IMG/VR virus record: IMGVR_UViG_3300037518_000299
Span: 1-39,250 of that record
Source of the DNA: a virus
Lineage: Duplodnaviria; Caudoviricetes
Length of the DNA: 39,250 nt
Reading direction: 5' to 3' (one strand)
Every line of letters starts with the position of its first letter. Within the stretch, counting starts at the first letter, position 1. This document shows, piece by piece, positions 34,221 through 39,250 of the stretch. Position numbers and translations under genes: made by a program. The notes below the pieces were generated by a model that saw only the letters and a list, made by a program, of their open reading frames with translations, did not search any database and was not told the origin of the DNA.

Positions 34221-34322
34221 GATGTGCCCCGAAAAAGCGACCCCGCCGACCGCTGGTGACGCAACGGGTCGGCGGGGGAGCCATGAGGTTTCGCGATGGG
34301 GGCGCCCGTCACGGCGTTTCCG
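34221..34322 (-). ncRNA. Structured 5' leader / attenuator of the initiator gene (putative)
   Basis: Two hairpins with complementary loops GUGACG (34312-34307) and CGUCAC (34261-34256). The second, long stem is followed by CGCUUUUU. Confidence 0.5.
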
Positions 34323-34328
34323 GGCCGG

Positions 34329-34357
34329 ATCATAACCGGCCGTGGTCGGTTCGTCAA
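34329..34357 (-). promoter_or_regulatory. Sigma70-type promoter for the initiator gene
   Basis: TTGACG-N17-TATGAT directly after the recT stop codon. Confidence 0.7.
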
Positions 34358-34361
34358 CCGG

Positions 34362-35597
34362 TCAAAACATGGCGCCGGTTTCCAACGCGTCGTCGTCGCC
34401 GAACACCTCGCCCAAAGACACCCCATCGGCTGCTGCGATTCTGCGAATCGATTCTAGATTGTCGAGGTCGGCTTCACCCCATTCCTCGATGGGTTTGCCG
34501 GCTTGCTTCACGAGGGCGCCGAGGTCGATGCCAGCGTCCGAGAATTCAGCCACGAGCGAATCGCGCCTCGCAATGAACGCCTCGGCCGCGTCGTCGGCGT
34601 CGTCGTCGGTGCCGTCGTCGCTGTCGTCGTCGGCGCCTCGCATTTTGATCGATAAAGCTCGCAGGATTTGTAAGTCCTCCGAAGTCCACCAGTCGCGGGG
34701 CTTGCCCCCTAGCTCTCGTTCGAGTTGCGCCAAATCCCAGCCGTGTTTATCGGCGAAGTGCTCGACGGCTGCGTCTAGCGCTTTGCGCGTCCGTCCATGC
34801 GTTTTCGGCTTCGGCCCCCATGCGTCGGACGTCTCTTCTGAGTCCGTAACCGGCCCGTCCGGACTGTCGGCCGGTTTCGGTTTCGCGACGTCCGCCGGGC
34901 TTTTACTGTCCGCCGTTTGCGGTGCGTGAGGCTTCGGCGCCTCCTGGTTGATCGCGGCCGGGTTCGGCTTCGTCAGGTCGTCGAGCGTCATTGCGGGTCG
35001 CGAGGCTACGTCGATCACTTCCGGCTCGTCCATCCGCTCTTCAGCTGACTTTAGCCCTTTGAGGACGTCGGGGAAGACGTCGCGCAGCGCAAAGCCGCGC
35101 GCGCGCATTTGAAGCATCCTTTTAGGGTATTGCTGCCATGGACCGCCCTTACCTATCAGCCCCGCCTTTTTCGCGTCGTCCATTGCAAAAATCACCGTGT
35201 GCGTATTGCCTCCGAGTCGGCGAACCGTAACCGTACACGATTGCCCGTCGTCCGATATCGACTCACTCCAACCCTTGTGATCCCAGTGTTTCGACGAGAC
35301 ACAAAGCGCCAACATCGCGTCGCCGTAAATCGACGCCTTGCCGTTGATTACAGCTAGGTTTTGCAGGCTTTGCACCGGCGACAAGCCAAGCTCGGCTCCG
35401 TACTGGAGGGCGACGCACACCGAATTGACGGCAAGCCTCCGCGCGTCCTCTGGTTTTGCCTTGGACGGGTAAAAAGACGGCGGGAAAAACGGCGAATCAA
35501 CGACTTTTTCGGCGAACGCCTCCAGGTCGCCCAGGGTCTTGAGGGTCAACCCGCCCGGCAATTCTTCTGTTGCGGCGGCATTGGTGCTTTTCGTCAT
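34362..35597 (-). CDS. recT: RecT/Red-beta-like single-strand annealing protein
   Basis: ALQYGAELGLSPVQSLQNLAVINGK and WQQYPKRMLQMRARGFALRDVFPDVLKG motifs, with an acidic C-terminus. Confidence 0.85.
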   Translation of the reverse strand: MTKSTNAAATEELPGGLTLKTLGDLEAFAEKVVDSPFFPPSFYPSKAKPEDARRLAVNSVCVALQYGAELGLSPVQSLQNLAVINGKASIYGDAMLALCVSSKHWDHKGWSESISDDGQSCTVTVRRLGGNTHTVIFAMDDAKKAGLIGKGGPWQQYPKRMLQMRARGFALRDVFPDVLKGLKSAEERMDEPEVIDVASRPAMTLDDLTKPNPAAINQEAPKPHAPQTADSKSPADVAKPKPADSPDGPVTDSEETSDAWGPKPKTHGRTRKALDAAVEHFADKHGWDLAQLERELGGKPRDWWTSEDLQILRALSIKMRGADDDSDDGTDDDADDAAEAFIARRDSLVAEFSDAGIDLGALVKQAGKPIEEWGEADLDNLESIRRIAAADGVSLGEVFGDDDALETGAMF

Positions 35598-35633
35598 AAC
35601 AAATCCCTTTCGGTAATGGTTACAGAATCAGAC

Positions 35634-35987
35634 TCACGCTTCGTCTTGCTTGAGCGTAAACGCGATAGCTCCCTGCTTGATACTGGGCTGGCAGTCTATG
35701 CGGCCTTTGAATTTCGGCAACCCTCGCGGCTGTCCGCCCTCGTTCTCGCCTATCCCGACGGTGCACTTGGTGCCGTGCCGGGTTAGAGTAAATCCAGACC
35801 CTCGCGTTTTCATTAACCAGATACGCGACGATGCCGGATCGAAGCCGACGGATACCCTGTTGCCCGCCCGCAGCTTGGAATCAGCCAAGAGCGAAGACGA
35901 CAACGTAATAATCAACTGGTTGCGCACCCATCGGGCCGAGATGTCGGCCGCGATCGGTACACGGGTTCGCGCGGTGAATTTTTTCAT
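35634..35987 (-). CDS. Hypothetical protein, possibly AbrB-like fold
   Basis: AGGAGG RBS. IITLSSSLL...LRAGNRVSVGFD pattern. Confidence 0.55.
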   Translation of the reverse strand: MKKFTARTRVPIAADISARWVRNQLIITLSSSLLADSKLRAGNRVSVGFDPASSRIWLMKTRGSGFTLTRHGTKCTVGIGENEGGQPRGLPKFKGRIDCQPSIKQGAIAFTLKQDEA

Positions 35988-35996
35988 TTGCCCCTC

Positions 35997-36500
35997 CTAG
36001 TTTGTTGCCAATTCTTTCAGAATCTTGATTTGCGCTTCGCGTTCCGGCGACTCCGCGCGAACCCACACCGCCGACTCCCCCGCCGCCGCCCGCGCCGCCC
36101 GCGCCGCCGACTCCGCCGCCGCCCACACCGCCGACTCCGCCGCCGCCCACACCGCCGACTCCGCCGCCGCCCGCGCCGCGCGCAACTCATCGTCGGTCGC
36201 GGCGCCGTCGGCGTGCCGCTCCGCGACCGCCACGCCCGCCCACGATCGCGCGTCCGGCTCTCGCCCCGCCGCGCGCTCCGCGTCCAGCGCCAGCCGAGCG
36301 CACCGGCAGGCGAACAACCGTAGCCGCCGCGCGTCCAACATCCGGATCGCCAGCCAAATTCTATCGCGCGCCCGCACGTCCTCTCGATCCAAAATTTCGT
36401 CGAGCCGCGCCCGCTTCCGCCGGCCGAACAACGCCTCGACCCGCTCGCGAGTGTAGCACGGCGACATCCCCATAATGCCGTCCACGGTTATCGTTTTCAT
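35997..36500 (-). CDS. Ala/Trp-repeat protein, copy A (Imm5-like phage family)
   Basis: RLFACRCA...DARS...VAERHADGAATDDELRAARAA followed by AAESAVW repeats and EREAQ. Confidence 0.8.
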   Translation of the reverse strand: MKTITVDGIMGMSPCYTRERVEALFGRRKRARLDEILDREDVRARDRIWLAIRMLDARRLRLFACRCARLALDAERAAGREPDARSWAGVAVAERHADGAATDDELRAARAAAESAVWAAAESAVWAAAESAARAARAAAGESAVWVRAESPEREAQIKILKELATN

Positions 36501-36503
36501 TAG

Positions 36504-37298
36504 TCAGCTCCCTAGGTCAAACAGTTTCCGCCCGTTGAGGTACTTGCAATCTCCACGATAAAAACACGTCGAGCACGGCCATGCGCCGGTAGTCGCGGTG
36601 ATCGCGGGCGGGTAATAACCGGCATCGATCCCGGCAGCGACGACGTTGACTGTTTCGACCAACGCCGCAAAATCCGCCGGCCCCCGCGTCGATACCAGCG
36701 TTTGCCGTTCCGGGTTGCGTTTATTGATAACGACATCGAGAATCACCGACGACGGCAAATTGCCAGTCATCGCGGCGAATCCGGCCGCGTACACGGTAAG
36801 CCCGATCTCGGCGTCGGCTTCGGTTTGCCGCTTCGACCGGCCGGCCGTTTTCCAATCAACAACGCGCCCCCGGTCGTCGATCAAATCGACGTAGCCGACA
36901 AGGTCGCGAGTAGCGCCCGGGATGTCAATTTTCGCCTCCACGAACACCGGCTGATACGCAGGCGCGGCCAGCTTCCGCCAAGCGCCGGCCATCATCGCTG
37001 TCCGATCCCGCGCCTTGCCCGGCGCGGTGGATTTCGGCTCGCCTGGTTCCAGGCGCCAAAAATCGGAGCCGATCTGTTCATCGAACGCGGCAACCGCTAG
37101 ATCGATGACGTCCGACGCTTCCAGATCGTTGTGAGACTCGATTTTCTGCATGCCGTTTTCGGCGGCCGCGCGGTGGACGCCCGAGCCTGCGATGATGGCG
37201 AGCGTCGGGGGCGCTCGCGATTCGCGGTTTCGCCGGTACGATTCCGGGCACCGCAAATATGATTTAATTTGCGATGCCGACAGGTGAGGTTTATTCAT
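36504..37298 (-). CDS. PD-(D/E)XK exonuclease (RecB/AddB/Cas4-like) with four-Cys cluster
   Basis: ATG 37298 at an ATGA overlap. Motifs HLSASQI...CP, GSGVH, GYVDL...VVDWKT and CSTCFYRGDC. Confidence 0.9.
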   Translation of the reverse strand: MNKPHLSASQIKSYLRCPESYRRNRESRAPPTLAIIAGSGVHRAAAENGMQKIESHNDLEASDVIDLAVAAFDEQIGSDFWRLEPGEPKSTAPGKARDRTAMMAGAWRKLAAPAYQPVFVEAKIDIPGATRDLVGYVDLIDDRGRVVDWKTAGRSKRQTEADAEIGLTVYAAGFAAMTGNLPSSVILDVVINKRNPERQTLVSTRGPADFAALVETVNVVAAGIDAGYYPPAITATTGAWPCSTCFYRGDCKYLNGRKLFDLGS

Positions 37299-37762
37299 GG
37301 ATCCGACCTCCCGAATAGCCTCACCCATGTCGCGGGATAAGTGCCCTCGGCCCCGTCAACGAATCGCAACCTGACGATTTGCCCAGGGTGATCGACGTCG
37401 ATCGGGTCGTTATTGAGTACGGAACCGATCTGTCCTTTGTGTGATTTGCACGGGCCGATAACCCGACCTATTTTGTATCGCGCGTCCGCCATTCGTGTCG
37501 CCTCCTGTGGTTGTTGGTTGTCGGGTTGTTCGGCCGCCAGGTCAGCCATCGGCACAAGCCTGACGATGCCTTCGAGTCTGACCAGCAGTAATTGTTCGCG
37601 CCGGCCTCGACCGGAACTGAGCGTCGCGGCCAACCGTCGCCGCCACGCCGGGTCCGGCTCAGCGGAAATCGGCACCGGCTCGGCCAGGGCGCCGGCATGG
37701 ATCACCCCCCAGCCGTGGCAGGGCAAATGCCAAAGCGTATCGGTTTTCATTCTAAATGTCAT
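37295..37762 (-). CDS. Hypothetical protein, 155 aa, with probable internal start at 37492
   Basis: GAGG upstream of 37762. An in-frame ATG at 37492 is preceded by AGGAGG. Confidence 0.6.
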   Translation of the reverse strand: MTFRMKTDTLWHLPCHGWGVIHAGALAEPVPISAEPDPAWRRRLAATLSSGRGRREQLLLVRLEGIVRLVPMADLAAEQPDNQQPQEATRMADARYKIGRVIGPCKSHKGQIGSVLNNDPIDVDHPGQIVRLRFVDGAEGTYPATWVRLFGRSDP

Positions 37763-37769
37763 GTCCGCC

Positions 37770-37864
37770 TCAATCCCCGATCTTGCGACCCCTCAGGTCG
37801 GCCATCCACCGCTCAATCGCCTCTACGGTACATGTCGCACGTGTGCCCCCACATAATCATTCAT
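37770..37864 (-). pseudogene. Small frameshifted ORF (MNDYVGAHVRHVP / VEAIERWMADLRGRKIGD)
   Basis: AGGAGG RBS. Adding one base joins the two frames into about 31 aa that fill the gap. Confidence 0.3.
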
Positions 37865-37878
37865 CGTTCTCGCCCCTC

Positions 37879-38436
37879 CTAGTTTGTTGCCAATTCTTTC
37901 AGGATCTCGATTTGCGCTTCGCTTTCCACCGCCTGTCCAGCCCAGGCCGGCCACGCCGCCGCCCACACCGCCGACCACGCCGCCGACCACGCCGCCGACC
38001 ACGCCGCCAACTCCGCCGACTTCGCCGCCGCCCACTCCGCCGACTTCGCCGCCCACGCCGCCGACTTCGCCGCCGCCCACTCCGCCGACTTCGCCGCCGC
38101 CCGCGCCGCGCGCAACTCATCGTCGGTCGCCGCGCCGTCGGCGTGGCGTTCGGCGACCTGCACCGCGCGCCACGAACGCGCGTCTGGGTCGCGGCCAACC
38201 GCCCGCTCGGCGTCCAGTGCCCGCCGGGCGCAGCGGCAAGCGAACAACCGTTGCCTGCGCGCGTCCAACATCCGCGTCGCAAGCCAAACGCGATCCTCGG
38301 CCGGCACGTCCGCGCGGTCCAGTATTTCGTCGAACCGCGCCCGCTTGCGCCGGCCGAACAACTCCTCGACCCGCTCCCGCGTGTAGTAGTCGCACGGGCC
38401 GAGAGCCATGATTCCGTCTACGGTTATCGTTTTCAT
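37879..38436 (-). CDS. Ala/Trp-repeat protein, copy B
   Basis: Paralogue of 35997-36500 with AAKSAEW and SAAW repeats. Confidence 0.8.
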   Translation of the reverse strand: MKTITVDGIMALGPCDYYTRERVEELFGRRKRARFDEILDRADVPAEDRVWLATRMLDARRQRLFACRCARRALDAERAVGRDPDARSWRAVQVAERHADGAATDDELRAARAAAKSAEWAAAKSAAWAAKSAEWAAAKSAELAAWSAAWSAAWSAVWAAAWPAWAGQAVESEAQIEILKELATN

Positions 38437-38439
38437 TAG

Positions 38440-38475
38440 TCAGCCCCCTAGGTCAAACAGTTTCCGCCCGTTCAT
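38440..38475 (-). CDS. 11-aa mini-ORF MNGRKLFDLGG (copy of the nuclease C-terminus)
   Basis: GGGAG RBS. Matches ...LNGRKLFDLGS at 36504-36536. Confidence 0.45.
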   Translation of the reverse strand: MNGRKLFDLGG

Positions 38476-38504
38476 CTCGTTCTCCCAATTCTAAAACTAA
38501 AACT

Positions 38505-38567
38505 CAGTCTGCCTCATCAGGCCGCCGGCGACTACCCCGGCGACGACGCCCCGTAGGGCGTTTCGGC
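38505..38567 (-). ncRNA. Type II hammerhead ribozyme
   Basis: GCC GAAA CGCCC-UACG-GGGCG UC^ GUCGCCGG-GGUAGUCG-CCGGCGGC CUGAUGA GGC AGACUG. The conserved core is complete, with three stems and a possible loop-I/3'-tail pseudoknot. Confidence 0.92.
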
Positions 38568-38568
38568 T

Positions 38569-38751
38569 CTACCACCATCGCCAGGGAGACTGCTCCACCT
38601 CCCAGTTCCCGATCGGCCCCAACGCTTTTTGCCGGGCAACACACTCGGGGTCGCTATTCAGTTTATTTTCAACATCGCGGCATTCGCGGGCAATTGCTCT
38701 GAGCCTCGCCAGTTGCGCGATTCGCTGAACGGCACACAAAAGGATTTGCAC
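38569..38751 (-). CDS. Hypothetical protein, 60 aa
   Basis: GTG start after the GGGAG in the direct repeat. The stop abuts the ribozyme. Confidence 0.55.
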   Translation of the reverse strand: MQILLCAVQRIAQLARLRAIARECRDVENKLNSDPECVARQKALGPIGNWEVEQSPWRWW

Positions 38752-38782
38752 GTCTCAATCTCCCAATTCTACAAACTAAAAC

Positions 38783-39166
38783 TCAGTAATTGATATCCTC
38801 ATGGTCGATCTCGCCCGCTAGAATGGCCTTGGCCAATTTGCGGTATTGGCCGAGCGACATGCGGCAATTCCGTCGCACGTGTGCCCGAGTCTCCGGCCCG
38901 GCGAACCGGGCCAGCGGCTTGTCTTGCCGACTGCAATTGCAGCTGCGGCACGCCGTGACCAGATTGTCGCTGCCGTTGCCGCCGCCGGCCGACTGGCACC
39001 GCACATGGTCCAGCGTGATGTCGGCCGGGTCGGCGGAGTGCAGATCGGCGAGGCAATAAATGCAAGTAAATCGATCTCTCAGGTAGATCGCCAACCGCTT
39101 GTCGGTGCGAATCCACTGGCCAGAGGCCTGATGTTTCCCGTTCCGGCTGGTTTTTTTCGTTTTCAT
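38783..39166 (-). CDS. HNH endonuclease
   Basis: ATG 39166 with AAGGGA. Motifs RDRFTCIYC, TLDHV and NLVTACRSCN. Confidence 0.9.
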   Translation of the reverse strand: MKTKKTSRNGKHQASGQWIRTDKRLAIYLRDRFTCIYCLADLHSADPADITLDHVRCQSAGGGNGSDNLVTACRSCNCSRQDKPLARFAGPETRAHVRRNCRMSLGQYRKLAKAILAGEIDHEDINY

Positions 39167-39186
39167 TTCATTTCCCTTACACCTAC

Positions 39187-39214
39187 AGTATACACCCCTG
39201 CAAACCAAAATCAA
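39187..39214 (-). promoter_or_regulatory. Candidate early promoter
   Basis: TTGATT-N16-TATACT, 20 nt before the HNH start, with AT-rich palindromic sequence upstream. Confidence 0.55.
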
Positions 39215-39250
39215 GCGGATTTTCAGGAAAATTCCGGGAAATATTTAACC

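Larger units (their letters stand above)
35990..38472. repeat. Segmental duplication: 35990-36536 and 37872-38472
   Basis: Near-identical ends with a diverged middle. Each copy includes the nuclease C-terminal codons, a whole Ala/Trp-repeat gene and the downstream RBS. Confidence 0.9.
38481..38787. repeat. 28/29-bp direct repeat (38481-38508 and 38759-38787)
   Basis: TCTCCCAATTCTA(C)AAACTAAAACTCAGT, differing by one indel. On the minus strand it carries a GGGAG RBS. Confidence 0.92.
1..39250 (-). mobile_element. Tailed bacteriophage genome or prophage segment (Mu-like head genes, lambda-like replication, probable siphovirus)
   Basis: Terminase, portal, MuF, protease, capsid, tail tube, chaperone and tape measure genes, plus replication and recombination genes, lie co-oriented with many ATGA stop/start overlaps. 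No host housekeeping genes seen. Confidence 0.95.

Noticed and set aside
36504-37298. Cas4 of a CRISPR-Cas system
   Set aside because: There are no other cas genes or array. Proximity to a RecT-like gene fits a phage recombination exonuclease.
35997-38436. Paralogous pair as a diversity-generating retroelement TR/VR
   Set aside because: Differences include indels and are not confined to adenines, and no reverse transcriptase was seen in the window.
405-39059. Many long plus-strand ORFs (for example 8336-9073, 9106-10095, 23270-23968, 37756-38439)
   Set aside because: They are antisense shadows of GC-rich minus-strand genes, with Arg/Pro/Ser-rich translations, no recognisable motifs and no RBS pattern.
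1-39250. Apparent abundance of CGATCG / GCGATCGC (HIP1-like)
   Set aside because: This may simply reflect GC-rich codon usage such as GCG-ATC-G. It needs a Markov-corrected count that I could not perform.
1-39250. tRNA genes, attP site and terminal repeats
   Set aside because: No cloverleaf was noticed in the short intergenic gaps, there is no integrase to anchor an att call, and the two window ends share no evident repeat.

Overview
The window looks like most or all of a GC-rich tailed dsDNA phage genome, probably with a non-contractile tail because no sheath gene is seen. Every credible gene is on the minus strand. Reading right to left, the modules are: (1) early region with an HNH nuclease, a small ORF followed by a type II hammerhead ribozyme, two duplicated Ala/Trp-repeat proteins, a PD-(D/E)XK exonuclease and a RecT-like annealing protein; (2) lambda O/P-style replication, with an HTH initiator carrying internal iterons and a DnaC-like loader; (3) a C5 and an N6A DNA methyltransferase plus small genes; (4) a putative lysis or envelope block with a holin-like protein, a secreted Pro-linker protein and a papain-like peptidase; (5) terminase, RusA and a second N6A methyltransferase; (6) Mu-like portal, MuF and protease, an intergenic repeat array, a decoration protein and a gpE-type capsid; (7) neck, tail tube, a frameshifting chaperone, tape measure and tail proteins interrupted by an accessory island; (8) a truncated metzincin-like protease at the left edge. 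I recognised no integrase, repressor, transposase or canonical endolysin. YTV-like and Cys-rich secreted motifs suggest a Planctomycetota host, which is an inference. The most notable items are the hammerhead ribozyme inside a direct-repeat-flanked cassette, a C5 methyltransferase locus coding in two frames, a kissing-loop leader upstream of the initiator, a dense repeat array in the head module, a portal-MuF +1 junction, an exported YTV-like/SAM methyltransferase, and recurring gene-boundary duplications. All product calls come from motif recognition by eye; no database searches were run.
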